A stretch of DNA of 64,000 nt from contig OY762007.1 in the NCBI GenBank assembly GCA_963665115.1, forward strand, positions 6,560,001 through 6,624,000, written 5' to 3'. Position 1 is the stretch's first letter; each line of letters opens with the position of its first letter. The notes below the pieces were generated by a model. It ran no database searches, was not told the origin of the DNA, and saw only the letters and a program-made list of their open reading frames with translations. A program made the translations under genes and the position numbers. Of this stretch, positions 22,134 to 32,282 are shown in pieces. This stretch comes from an uncultured Rivularia sp. GTDB lineage: Bacteria > Cyanobacteriota > Cyanobacteriia > Cyanobacteriales > Nostocaceae.

Positions 22134-22352
22134 TCATTCCCAAAATCTTTGCCTTTCTGCAATTCTATCATCAGTATTTAATTGAAGTAATTTCGCAGTT
22201 GTTCGTCCTTCTGCTGTCAATCCTTGAATCTTTAAATCATCTTCTGTTAACAATTCATCCCAAATTTCTAAGCATACTGTAATTACTATTTGCTTGGCTT
22301 CATCAATTTGATGTTGCTTTATTGGTGTAATTTTTATTGCTTTGTTTTCCAT
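22134..22352 (-). pseudogene. Probable chimeric remnant: GNAT-like N-terminus joined to an HNH-endonuclease-like C-terminal tail
   Basis: IQGLTAEGRTTAKLLQLN..RIAERQ resembles tails of cyanobacterial HNH proteins; no catalytic core present. Confidence 0.35.
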
Positions 22353-22724
22353 ATTTAGTTTTTTGATTGGGTGGAATGAAGGGTAAATCAATATAATTTA
22401 AGATTTATTGTTGGGTTGCGCGATCGCCTTAGCTGAGAAACTGGTTCGTTTTTCCGCAACCGTCGGGAGACGTAGCACTGCTACGTCTCTACAACCCGTC
22501 GGAATCAATGGTATTAGTAATTTGAATTATTTTTCCTAAAACGGTTATTGTATAGCTTCTACCTAGATAATTAGCTAAGTGCGTGCAATCATAAAGCTGT
22601 TTTATCCTAATTATTAACTTTAACCAAGAAATTTAACATCTAAACGGCTTGAACTATGGCAATCTAAAAAACAGAATGTTTGAAAATTTGATATCTTCGC
22701 TACAGAATTTTACTGAAACAGGTT

Positions 22725-23954
22725 ATGCAAACCCTGCCAAATCCAACAACTAATAGCGCATCTACGGCTCCTGCCGTTTTTGAAACTACCATTAAGCGGC
22801 GCAAAACTCGTCCTGTAATGGTCGGAGATGTCACTATCGGGGGAGGGTACCCCGTGGTAGTGCAGTCGATGATTAATGAGGATACTCTGGATATTGCCGG
22901 TTCCGTGGCCGGTATTCGTCGCTTGCATGAAATCGGCTGCGAAATTGTCCGAGTCACCGTACCGAGCATGGCTCATGCTAAGGCTTTATCTGAAATTAAA
23001 CAAAAGTTAAAGCAAACTTACCAGGATGTGCCTATTGTTGCCGACGTACATCACAACGGGATGAAAATTGCTTTGGAGGTTGCCAAGCATATTGAAAAGG
23101 TACGGATTAATCCAGGTTTGTACGTTTTTGAAAAACCAGACTCTAATCGAACTGAGTATACTAAAGCTGAATTTGACGAAATTGGCGATAAAATTGCCGA
23201 TACTCTCAAACCTTTGGTAATTTCTCTACGCGATCAAGGGAAAGCGATGCGAATCGGCGTAAATCACGGTTCCCTTGCCGAACGAATGCTGTTTACTTAT
23301 GGGGATACTCCGGAAGGAATGGTGGAGTCGGCGCTGGAATTTATTCGTATTTGTGAATCTTTAGATTTTCATAATATCGTAATTTCACTGAAGGCTTCGC
23401 GAGTGCCGGTAATGTTGGCTGCTTATCGGTTGATGGCCAAGCGCATGGATGATGAAGGTATGGATTATCCCCTGCATCTCGGTGTTACTGAAGCCGGAGA
23501 TGGGGAATACGGACGTATTAAGTCTACGGCAGGAATTGCGACTTTGTTAGCCGATGGCATTGGCGATACAATTCGCGTTTCTTTAACCGAAGCACCGGAA
23601 AAAGAAATTCCAGTTTGCTACAGTATTTTACAGGCTCTGGGATTACGGAAGACGATGGTAGAATACGTCGCTTGTCCTTCCTGCGGTCGCACTTTGTTTA
23701 ATTTAGAGGAAGTGCTGCACCTCGTCCGCGAAGCAACCAGTCACCTCACGGGATTGGATATTGCTGTTATGGGCTGCATTGTCAACGGGCCAGGAGAAAT
23801 GGCTGACGCTGATTATGGCTATGTTGGTAAAACTCCAGGATTTATCTCGCTTTACAGGGGTAGAGAAGAAATTAAAAAGGTACCTGAAGATAAAGGTGTG
23901 GAGGAATTGATAAACTTGATTAAAGCAGATGAACGTTGGATAGAACCAGATTAA
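22725..23954 (+). CDS. ispG: (E)-4-hydroxy-3-methylbut-2-enyl-diphosphate synthase
   Basis: [44 protein letters not shown]. Confidence 0.97.
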   Translation: MQTLPNPTTNSASTAPAVFETTIKRRKTRPVMVGDVTIGGGYPVVVQSMINEDTLDIAGSVAGIRRLHEIGCEIVRVTVPSMAHAKALSEIKQKLKQTYQDVPIVADVHHNGMKIALEVAKHIEKVRINPGLYVFEKPDSNRTEYTKAEFDEIGDKIADTLKPLVISLRDQGKAMRIGVNHGSLAERMLFTYGDTPEGMVESALEFIRICESLDFHNIVISLKASRVPVMLAAYRLMAKRMDDEGMDYPLHLGVTEAGDGEYGRIKSTAGIATLLADGIGDTIRVSLTEAPEKEIPVCYSILQALGLRKTMVEYVACPSCGRTLFNLEEVLHLVREATSHLTGLDIAVMGCIVNGPGEMADADYGYVGKTPGFISLYRGREEIKKVPEDKGVEELINLIKADERWIEPD

Positions 23955-24126
23955 ACAAACAACAATGTTGGTTAAATATTCTTGCTAGTTTTGCGTTATG
24001 CCGTAAAGCTAGCCGGATTGATGGAAAAATTTACCGAAATAACAAACTATGCTCAGTCTGTACAGTGTTAGGCTGTGTTAGATTGAGCATACTGACTATG
24101 TAAATTCAGTCTGGCACAGCTGTAAT

Positions 24127-25416
24127 ATGGTGATTAGAAGAAGTGGACTTGTTTTAGGTGCTACAGCCGTGACGCTTTCAACGATTGCCGTCGCAGGTCT
24201 TGTAAACCTTCCACAAGGACAAGCCTTATTTAAAGAAAGTCCTAAAGAGATAGTAGATGAAGTTTGGCAGATTATTTACCGCCAATACGTAGATGGTACC
24301 TTTAACCAGGTAGATTGGCAGGCTGTTCGTAAAGAGTATTTGGATAAAAAATACACTGACAAGGAACAAGCCTACAAATCCATCCGGGAAATGCTTAAGA
24401 AGCTGGATGACCCCTACACCCGCTTTATGGACCCCAAAGAGTTCAAGAATATGCAGGTGGATACCTCTGGGGAATTAACTGGTGTTGGTATCACTATTGG
24501 TCTTGATGAGGAAACTAAAAAGTTAACCGTCATTGCACCATTGGAAGATACCCCAGCCTTTAAAGCCGGTATTCTGGCAAAAGATGTCATTACTAAAATT
24601 AATGGCAAAAGCACTGAGGGGATGGATACCAGTGAAGCTGTAACTTTAATCCGAGGAGAACCTGGAAGTAAAGTTAAGTTAACTATTTCTCGTAGCGGTC
24701 AAAAGCCAAGAGATTATTTAATAACCAGAGCAAAAATCGAAATTCATCCGGTTGATTACTCGGTAAAACAAACTCCTGCGGGTAAAACTGGTTATATTCG
24801 TCTCAAGCAGTTCAGCGCAAATGCTTCCAAGGAAATGCGTGAAGCTATTAGAGAATTAGAGAAGAAAAACGTTGATGGGTACGTTCTGGATTTACGTAAT
24901 AACCCAGGCGGTTTATTATTCTCTAGTATCGAAATTGCCCGAATGTGGCTCAAGGAAGGTACAATTGTTTCCACCGTTGACCGTAAGGGAACGGTAGATA
25001 AAGAGGCCGCAACTGGGCGATCGCTCACCGAAAAACCACTAGTAGTTTTGGTAGACAAAGGAAGTGCTAGTGCGAGTGAAATTCTTTCCGGTGCGTTGCA
25101 GGATAATAAGCGTGCTGTTTTAGTTGGTAGCAAGACTTTTGGTAAAGGTTTAGTGCAATCAGTACGTCCCCTTTATGACGGTTCCGGAGTGGCAGTCACG
25201 ATTGCTAAATATCTTACCCCTAGCGGAGCAGATATTAACAAAGCCGGGATTAAGCCAGATATCAAAGTCGAGTTGAGCGACGAACAGCGACAAAATTTAT
25301 GGCTCAAACAACGCGATAAACTAGCTACCTTACAAGATCCTCAATTTGCCAAAGCTATTGAACAATTGAAAAAAGAAATTGCTGCAAAAGGCAATGTTAG
25401 AGCACAGAGAAAGTAA
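24127..25416 (+). CDS. ctpC: S41 carboxyl-terminal processing protease (CtpA family, likely CtpC type)
   Basis: DPYTRF, PDZ domain, DLRNNPGG, SASASEILSGAL, TFGKG; paralog assignment is tentative. Confidence 0.8.
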   Translation: MVIRRSGLVLGATAVTLSTIAVAGLVNLPQGQALFKESPKEIVDEVWQIIYRQYVDGTFNQVDWQAVRKEYLDKKYTDKEQAYKSIREMLKKLDDPYTRFMDPKEFKNMQVDTSGELTGVGITIGLDEETKKLTVIAPLEDTPAFKAGILAKDVITKINGKSTEGMDTSEAVTLIRGEPGSKVKLTISRSGQKPRDYLITRAKIEIHPVDYSVKQTPAGKTGYIRLKQFSANASKEMREAIRELEKKNVDGYVLDLRNNPGGLLFSSIEIARMWLKEGTIVSTVDRKGTVDKEAATGRSLTEKPLVVLVDKGSASASEILSGALQDNKRAVLVGSKTFGKGLVQSVRPLYDGSGVAVTIAKYLTPSGADINKAGIKPDIKVELSDEQRQNLWLKQRDKLATLQDPQFAKAIEQLKKEIAAKGNVRAQRK

Positions 25417-25609
25417 AAGGGAATTAGTTAGGAGTTAATTAGTAGTAAAGGCTTGCAGGGAGGCATTTTTATTATTTATTGTGCCAGAAGGAAATTACAT
25501 CTTCTCTTGAAATGAGCCTAAGAACTGCTAATTACAAATTAATATTTCTCGTTCCCGTGTTGTCTGAGCGTGAATTCATTCAATTCCTAACTCTTAACTC
25601 TTAACTTTT

Positions 25610-25795
25610 TCAAGCTGGCTGACATTTTCCCGTCCTTATTAACCCGATACGGCGGGATATGGCTTCGTCTTTTGAATTAAATGGTCCCCATTTTTCTATA
25701 ATTTCTGTATCGTCTTCAGATGTTAGTTCGCTGGAGACGATTTCGCATTTTTGGGTCGAGCGTTTGATAATATACCAGGATTGTGAAGATTCCAT
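25610..25795 (-). CDS. Small conserved cyanobacterial hypothetical protein
   Basis: MESSQSWYIIK..CEI..WGPF..EAISRRIGLIRTGKCQP. Confidence 0.65.
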   Translation of the reverse strand: MESSQSWYIIKRSTQKCEIVSSELTSEDDTEIIEKWGPFNSKDEAISRRIGLIRTGKCQPA

Positions 25796-25868
25796 AAATA
25801 CGATTTTGGATTTCAGATTATAAAAGTTATTTATTCTCACTCTTCCCTATTCCCCGTTCCCCATTTCC

Positions 25869-27050
25869 TTAACGAGAACGTGGAAGATTTTTTATTTGAG
25901 AGTTTTGTAGTTTAATAGAATCAATTGTCTGTATGGACAAATAGCTGAAAATAATTAAAACTAAACCAGAAACTACACCTATTATCAAGCCGATAAGTAA
26001 AGCAGATTTGTGAGGAAAAATCGAAACAATGGTATCGTTTTCTGATGCTGTCTTCATTTCTTCATCCCATTTTAGGGAGTCTAAATCACTTGTTGCTGGG
26101 GGTAGTAATTTTTGTGATGCTATTGAATCGGTTGCTTTTGAACTGAATTCATTTAATTCTGGTGCTAATTCAACTGCTGCAAAAATCGAGTTATTTTGCC
26201 TTGTAGATGAAGCAACACAATTTAAATTATTTAACTGCATTAATGCAGTGAGTGCAACTGTCGCCGAATTATATCGGTTTTGAGAATGGTAGCACACCAT
26301 TTTATTGATTATTAAAGCTAATTTTTTATTAATATTAACTAAGTGTCGCCAAACAATTTCACCAGTATTTTGGTCTTCTGGTAACTTTATTGGATGAATG
26401 CCCGTAAGTGCTTGGATACCAATCATACCAAGAGCATAGATATCGCTACTAGGTACTGGTTTACCTTGATGTTGTTCGTAAGGCATATAGCCCGGTGTAC
26501 CAATTGCAATGGTTGTATTGTCGGTATTGTGTTGATTTTTAAGCAATTTGTTCCACATTGGCTTCACCGCACCAAAATCAATCAGCACCAATCTATTGTC
26601 TCGTTCCCGTCTCATGATATTACTCGGCTTGACATCACGATGAATCAACCCCTGAGAGTGAACAAAAACTAAAATATTTAAAACTTCTTGCAGTAAGTCA
26701 ATTACTTGAGTTTCAGCCCAACGCTTACCGGGCTGCAATTCAGCGCTCAGTGAATGTCCTTTGATAAATTCTTGTACTAAGTAGAATTCTTGATTTTGTT
26801 CAAAATGATTCAAAAGATGTGGAACATACTCATAATTGTCTAACTTCATCAAAGCTTCAACTTCGCGGGTAAATAGCCTTCTGCGGGTTTTCACCGGCAG
26901 CGCAATTCTATCGCTAGGTAGAAAGTGTTTGACGACACAAGTGGGATAATCAGTAATAGTAATGTCACGGGCAATATACGTCTGACAGAACATTCCTTGA
27001 TTGATAATCTGAATTACCTCATAGCGATCGCATATTAATTTACCTATCAT
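25869..27050 (-). CDS. Membrane-anchored Ser/Thr protein kinase (Pkn2 type)
   Basis: VVK, HRDVKPSN, DFG, GTPGYMP, SDIYALG and a C-terminal TM helix. Confidence 0.92.
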   Translation of the reverse strand: MIGKLICDRYEVIQIINQGMFCQTYIARDITITDYPTCVVKHFLPSDRIALPVKTRRRLFTREVEALMKLDNYEYVPHLLNHFEQNQEFYLVQEFIKGHSLSAELQPGKRWAETQVIDLLQEVLNILVFVHSQGLIHRDVKPSNIMRRERDNRLVLIDFGAVKPMWNKLLKNQHNTDNTTIAIGTPGYMPYEQHQGKPVPSSDIYALGMIGIQALTGIHPIKLPEDQNTGEIVWRHLVNINKKLALIINKMVCYHSQNRYNSATVALTALMQLNNLNCVASSTRQNNSIFAAVELAPELNEFSSKATDSIASQKLLPPATSDLDSLKWDEEMKTASENDTIVSIFPHKSALLIGLIIGVVSGLVLIIFSYLSIQTIDSIKLQNSQIKNLPRSR

Positions 27051-27288
27051 ATTTATTTCTTATGTTACCTATAATGCTTCTGTTCAGTAATTTAATTTAC
27101 GTAAAATCAACCTATATATAATTCATATTTTAGTTAGCAAGGCTTTTTATAAAAGAACCGTCAAATATACTTATATTTTGATGAAAGAGAGAAAAAGTTT
27201 GTCACGAGTAGGGAAATAGACTTAACGAATTACATACCGGAAGGATACGCTCTGAGTTAATTAAATTATAAAAATTATCGGCATAAAG

Positions 27289-28356
27289 ATGAACAATACT
27301 ACCAAAAAATTAATTCCCCTTAGTAGAGATTCCATACAGTTAGTCAAAGGTTTAATTATTGGCAAAGTGCTGACAATCCTTGTCATGGGGGGATTGTGGT
27401 TGTTGGTAAAGCAGTATTTAGAACCGGGAGGCAGCATCAGAGCTAATCGAGAATCGGGAACGGTTTCTGAAACAGCAACTTCAACTTTTAAAACGGTAAG
27501 CAATGTCCCCATCGGTTCGTTTCAATATAGTGGAAGTACCGCTTGGGCACCCATTCGGCAACTTGTAAATTCTTCAATTCAAGGCGATCGCCCGGAATTA
27601 AAGTTGCAATATACCCACCCTCAAGGTGATACTCCTATTTCAAAAGCAGCAATTCGGATGTTGTTGGATGGAGAAATAGACTTTGCTCAGCTTTCGCGTC
27701 CCCTTACGAAGTCGGAATATGCTGCTTCCGAACAAAAAGGTTTCACGCTCAAGCAACGTCAGGTTGCCACTGATGGAGTCGCCGTAGCAGTCAACCCGGC
27801 ACTTGAAGTTTCTGGTTTAACCGTCGAACAGTTACAGCAAATTTATTTAGGCGAGATTACTAACTGGAAGCAATTAGGAGGGGCGGATTTAGCAATTACG
27901 CCTTTTTCTCAAAATTCAGAAGATGTTAAATTAACATTATTTGACGGTAAAGAATTAGACGAGCAAGAATTAGCCTCTAATATCGAATATCTCTATTCTC
28001 CCACAGAAGCTTTGCGTAAAGTCGCTCAAAATAAAGGTGCCGTGTATTTTGGATCGGCGCGGGCTATAGTACCTCAATGTACGGTAAAGTCCTTGCCTTT
28101 AGGTACTACTTCAGATAATTTAGTTGCTCCGTATGTTGGAGAATTAGTAGAACCAAACCAGTGTCCGCAAAAGCGCAATAATGTAAATACAAAAGCGTTT
28201 AAGAACGGTAGTTACCCACTTAAGAGCAAATTATTTGTAGTTACTAAAGAGAATAACGGTAGGGAAGAGCAAGTTGGTAATGCTTATACTAAATTGTTGC
28301 TGACTGCGGAAGGGCAAAAGGCAATTAGTGAAGCTGGTTTTGTTCCCGTGCGGTAG
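27289..28356 (+). CDS. PstS-like substrate-binding protein (PBP domain)
   Basis: SGSTAWAP, QLSRPL, VATDGVAVAVNP, IYLGEITNWKQLGG, YPL..LFVV. Confidence 0.8.
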   Translation: MNNTTKKLIPLSRDSIQLVKGLIIGKVLTILVMGGLWLLVKQYLEPGGSIRANRESGTVSETATSTFKTVSNVPIGSFQYSGSTAWAPIRQLVNSSIQGDRPELKLQYTHPQGDTPISKAAIRMLLDGEIDFAQLSRPLTKSEYAASEQKGFTLKQRQVATDGVAVAVNPALEVSGLTVEQLQQIYLGEITNWKQLGGADLAITPFSQNSEDVKLTLFDGKELDEQELASNIEYLYSPTEALRKVAQNKGAVYFGSARAIVPQCTVKSLPLGTTSDNLVAPYVGELVEPNQCPQKRNNVNTKAFKNGSYPLKSKLFVVTKENNGREEQVGNAYTKLLLTAEGQKAISEAGFVPVR

Positions 28357-28379
28357 TGGGTTGAGACAAGCTGGGATTT

Positions 28380-29378
28380 ATGACCGAAATATCTGACGCA
28401 AGACGAATTCAGGAATCAATTCGTAGTGAATTTCGCAATTCTGCTGAATTAGTAACCGATGCTGATTTCTATACCGAATTGCAATATTGGTATGAAGATT
28501 CAAAAAGAGACTTAAAAATAAACGAAGAAGCATCTGAATCACGTATAAAAGCAACAAGAAATGGTTTATTTGTAATTTCTGTCGGACTTTTTTGCTTCGG
28601 AAGATTGGATGTTGCTGAAGATATTTTAGATAACATTCCCGGTGGAAGGGGAAGTGTAAATCATTTTGCTGGAGTTTTACATAGACTTCTACCATTACCA
28701 CCGGGTTTTAATTGTCTTAAAAATCCTAATGAAATCAAGGAATGGTTAAAATTAAATCGTTCTCAACTCAGATGGGATAAAAGTTTAGAAAGATATATTT
28801 TAGAAAATTTTAAAATTTTGCCAGATATTCCTGCCAATTATAATTTAGAGGAATTTAAAGTTACAGATAAAGAAATATCTCAAACAGGACTAATTGTTGA
28901 AATTATCTCTAATACAGGTAGTAAATGGCTTGGTAATTTTCAATCGGGATGTTCAAAATTTTCTGGAGTTTATCAATATCCGAATAAAAATGATTTAATT
29001 GTGGTTTCTCAAGGACAGGGATATATAGTTAATCCAGAAAGTAAACAGTTACTATCAAGTTTTGCTGGTAATATTATTGATGTAATTGATATTCCGCATC
29101 TTCTTAAAGATACTTACTGTATCTTGTTTATCAACGAATATAAGCTTCTATGCCATGATTCATCTGGTTTTCGATGGCAAAATACAGAAATATCATGGAA
29201 TAAAGTCCGTGAATTACAAGTTAATGACTTTCGATTAACAGGAGAATTTTATTATTTTCAAGAACGTGTTTGGAAACAATTTTGGTTAAATATTATCAAA
29301 AATGAATTTCATTTAGGAGAATTTAAGTGGGAAGATTTATTACCAAAACCGAAACCACCTTGGTGGCAATTTTGGTGA
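28380..29378 (+). CDS. Hypothetical protein ending in a PWWQFW motif
   Basis: 332-aa ATG ORF; no family recognised. Confidence 0.7.
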   Translation: MTEISDARRIQESIRSEFRNSAELVTDADFYTELQYWYEDSKRDLKINEEASESRIKATRNGLFVISVGLFCFGRLDVAEDILDNIPGGRGSVNHFAGVLHRLLPLPPGFNCLKNPNEIKEWLKLNRSQLRWDKSLERYILENFKILPDIPANYNLEEFKVTDKEISQTGLIVEIISNTGSKWLGNFQSGCSKFSGVYQYPNKNDLIVVSQGQGYIVNPESKQLLSSFAGNIIDVIDIPHLLKDTYCILFINEYKLLCHDSSGFRWQNTEISWNKVRELQVNDFRLTGEFYYFQERVWKQFWLNIIKNEFHLGEFKWEDLLPKPKPPWWQFW

Positions 29379-29479
29379 TTTGAAAATAGTCTTTATAATG
29401 CGTTAAGATTACTGCTCACAGCATTCTACAAAAATAATAAAAATTGTTACCAGAAAATAATTCCCGGTAACAACAATAA

Positions 29480-29682
29480 TCCAAAATCTGTCTTTGAAAG
29501 TTTTGGGGACGGAAACCGACACCCCAACGTTCTCTCAACGCGGGGAACCCCTTCGGGTATCTCCCAAGGGGAGACGCTGAGCCGCACGCGGAGCGTGAAC
29601 GCTAACGGCAGTTCGCTCAACGGGGGGAACCCCCGCACGCGACTGCTCTCACTACGCACCTTATGAAGGCTCAACTTTCCAC
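29480..29682. repeat. Multiply nested GC-rich short dispersed hairpin elements
   Basis: Outer arms gaaagtt...aactttc enclose several GGAAAC/GGAAC-loop hairpins. Confidence 0.7.
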
Positions 29683-29701
29683 AAAATCCAAAATTTAAAA
29701 T

Positions 29702-30154
29702 TCATTTACCATTGCGGTTGTTATTATCATCCTTGTAAGCAGCAAGAATCCGGTCGGCGAGTTTGTCGGGTACCTCTTGTAAATGGTCGTATTTCCAATC
29801 GAAAGAACCTACTCCCAGAGTTTGCGATCGCAATTCTATGATGAAGCTTTGCATTTCCGATTGGGGCAGGTATCCGGTGACGTTATCCCAGCTTTGCCAG
29901 TTGGCGATCGCTTCGTAACCTAAAATTTGCCCGCGTCTACTGCTTAATAGTTGCAATACTTTAGAGGTAAATTCGCTGGGGGTTCTAACTTGTATATTCT
30001 CTCGTAGTGTCCTATACACGGTATCTTCCGAAATACCATACAGTTGCGCTACTTCTTGGACTAATACCCGACGTTCTTTACTGCGCGGTGGTAATTGGTC
30101 TAGGCAACGACGTAAATCTACAATTGCTTCTGTTGGTATTTCTTTTTTGGGCAT
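29702..30154 (-). pseudogene. In-frame chimera: transposase N-terminal HTH fused to EF-G domain V
   Basis: MPKKEIP..LYGISEDTVYRTLRE joined near 29997 to IQVRTPSEFTSKVLQLLSSRRGQILGY..PQSEMQSFIIELRSQTLGVGSF. Confidence 0.8.
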
Positions 30155-30781
30155 TCTATGACACAGACCCCCACTTTATGTCTTGAGTGGAGGTGTTTCC
30201 GTTCCAACCAGTCGTACAGGGTGGAAGGGGAACAATCGACGAGTTTGGCAATTGAGCGCTTACTAATTCCTTTATTTAGATAACTGCGGATTTCTGCTTC
30301 CTTGTTATCCAGTTTCAAATGTGCCGATTTTCGTCCTTTGGGTCGCCCTAATGTCTTACCCTCAGCCTTACGTTTGGCTAACGCTTCGGTTGTTCTGAGT
30401 ACAATTAATTCCCGTTCTATTTCTGCTGCCAAACCCAAAACCGTTGCTGTAATTCGGCTTTGCATGGAGCCATCGAGTACCATGCCTTGTTTGGCGATGT
30501 GAACATTGATTTCTCGGCGCACGCAGCACTCCAACATTTCCAGCACTTGTAGCGTAGAGCGTGCCATGCGACTGACTTCTGAGAAAATTACTACGTCTCC
30601 TGGTTGGGCAATTTCTTTTAAAAGACGACCAATACCTCGTTCCGACCATTTCTCCCGTCCAGAAACGGTGTCTTCTACAAACACGATATGTCTCGATCAC
30701 CAAAAGTTGACAAGACCCATAATGTGGTTTCAAAAACGGCTTGTTTGCGGTTTGAAGCGTTTATGTTTGCAGTTCCCTACA
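29997..30781 (-). mobile_element. Remnant of a TGT-ended transposon (resolvase plus transposase start)
   Basis: Begins TGTAGGGAACTGCAAAC exactly where EF-G similarity stops; repeated GCAAACA motifs near the end. Confidence 0.7.
30118..30684 (-). pseudogene. Serine resolvase, N-terminally truncated
   Basis: EDTVSG, SEVSRMARS, AEIERELI..RT, LGRPKG and C-terminal HTH; lacks the N-terminal RVST catalytic motif. Confidence 0.8.
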
Positions 30782-30904
30782 GCTACCTTTGCGAGAAATT
30801 GCCTCGGTAACGAACAACAAGCTCTCTAATAATGTAGTTTTTCCGCTTAAATAAGGACCGACAATCGCAATCGAATGCAAACCCGTTCTAACTTTTAGGG
30901 TCAT
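30782..30904 (-). pseudogene. fusA: First 41 codons of an elongation factor G-like paralog; not in ORF track
   Basis: GGAGG RBS then MTLKVRTGLHSIAIVGPYLSGKTTLLESLLFVTEAISRKGS (P-loop). Confidence 0.85.
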
Positions 30905-31225
30905 AACAACCTCCTTATGCGGCATATCTGGATCGGCACCGCACTGTAATGATTATCCTGCACTTAATTAGATCCACTTAGTCTTGTAAAGCGCGAATAC
31001 AAGAATCGCATTATCTTTTAAAATTTATTTAACGAAATATAAAAAAAAGATAACATTTACATATAAAATTAAATTCTTATAAATCACTCTTGTTGCAGCA
31101 ATTGGAAGCGTCGATGGATTTTAGATTCTAGATTGACCATTTACGCGACAGTTTAATAGTTGAAAAGGTCTTGTTTTAAACCAGAATCTAAAATTTAATA
31201 TTGGTTCGGACAAATAAAAGCGTTA

Positions 31226-32182
31226 TTGAGGAGAAAATCCATGAACGAGTTAGTTTGTAAGTATCGACTGAGTGCGTTCTTTAGTGCAATCTTGCTGAGT
31301 ATGACGATTGCTCCTGTCAAAGCCAATGAAGCTTATGAGTTTAAGTTTGACCCAGTTCCGCAAAAACTGGCACAGTACGCTCGTAACAGCGCTACAACTT
31401 ATTTAAATCAGGGCTTGCAGTTGGTTCAGTCGGGAAGTCCGCAACAGGCGATCGCCGCTTTTAATCAAGCAATTCAGCTAGACCCATCTTTGGCACCAGC
31501 ATATTACAATTTAGGATTGGCGTTAAGACAGGTAGGACAGTTGCAACCGGCTGCGGATGCTTTTTATCGAGCCACTCAAGTCGATCCTAAGTTTGCTTTA
31601 GCTTATGCAAATTTGGGTGGTGCTTTGTTAGAAGGGAATAATTTGACTCAAGCTGAAAATTATTTACAGCGTGCTATAGAATTAGATTCAAAATTGGGAT
31701 TTGCTTACTACAATATTGGTTTATTGTATCAGCAAAAAGAAGACTGTAGGAAAGCGATCAAATCTTTTACAAAAGCGATGAAATATAGCAACAAAGCACC
31801 AGAACCTGCTTATCAAATTGGGTTATGCTATATGCAGGAACGCAAGCTTAAAAGAGCCAAAAATGCTTTTAGAGATGCGGTAAGAATTAATCCCAAATAT
31901 CCCGAAGCCCACTACAATCTTGGTTCGATTTTGTATACTCAAGGTAAGCACGAACAGGCTTTAGAAGCATTTAGAAAAGCCGCCCAAGCTAACCCCGATT
32001 ATCCCAGCGCTTATTACGGTGCTGGATTGGCATTTATACAAATGAAACAATATCCCGATGCCATGCGCGTATTACAATACTCTAGGGATTTATTCTTAGC
32101 ACAAAATAATCAGCTATGGGCTAGTAACGCCGAACAGCTTATGCAGCAAGCACAAAGCTTTACTTATCAAATTCCTCGATAA
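31226..32182 (+). CDS. Exported tetratricopeptide repeat protein
   Basis: Signal peptide and multiple AYYNLG/AHYNLG TPR units. Confidence 0.9.
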   Translation: MRRKSMNELVCKYRLSAFFSAILLSMTIAPVKANEAYEFKFDPVPQKLAQYARNSATTYLNQGLQLVQSGSPQQAIAAFNQAIQLDPSLAPAYYNLGLALRQVGQLQPAADAFYRATQVDPKFALAYANLGGALLEGNNLTQAENYLQRAIELDSKLGFAYYNIGLLYQQKEDCRKAIKSFTKAMKYSNKAPEPAYQIGLCYMQERKLKRAKNAFRDAVRINPKYPEAHYNLGSILYTQGKHEQALEAFRKAAQANPDYPSAYYGAGLAFIQMKQYPDAMRVLQYSRDLFLAQNNQLWASNAEQLMQQAQSFTYQIPR

Positions 32183-32282
32183 AAAGTTATCAATACTGCT
32201 GCTAACTAGCAACAAGGTACGTCACAATATAAAGAATTGCTCGAACAATGGCTGGTGTGGTCTGTAGTTCTCTTGGTAGTTC

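Noticed and set aside
25610..25840. Possible transposase label for the small conserved ORF
   Set aside because: Too short, with no DDE motif, inverted repeats or target duplication.
29447..29674. 75-aa ORF
   Set aside because: Lies across nested GC-rich palindromic repeats and is open by chance.
29997..30781. Heterocyst-type excision element (xis-like) interrupting the EF-G gene
   Set aside because: Most of the EF-G gene is missing, the recombinase lacks its catalytic N-terminus, and no flanking direct repeats are seen, so excision could not restore the gene.
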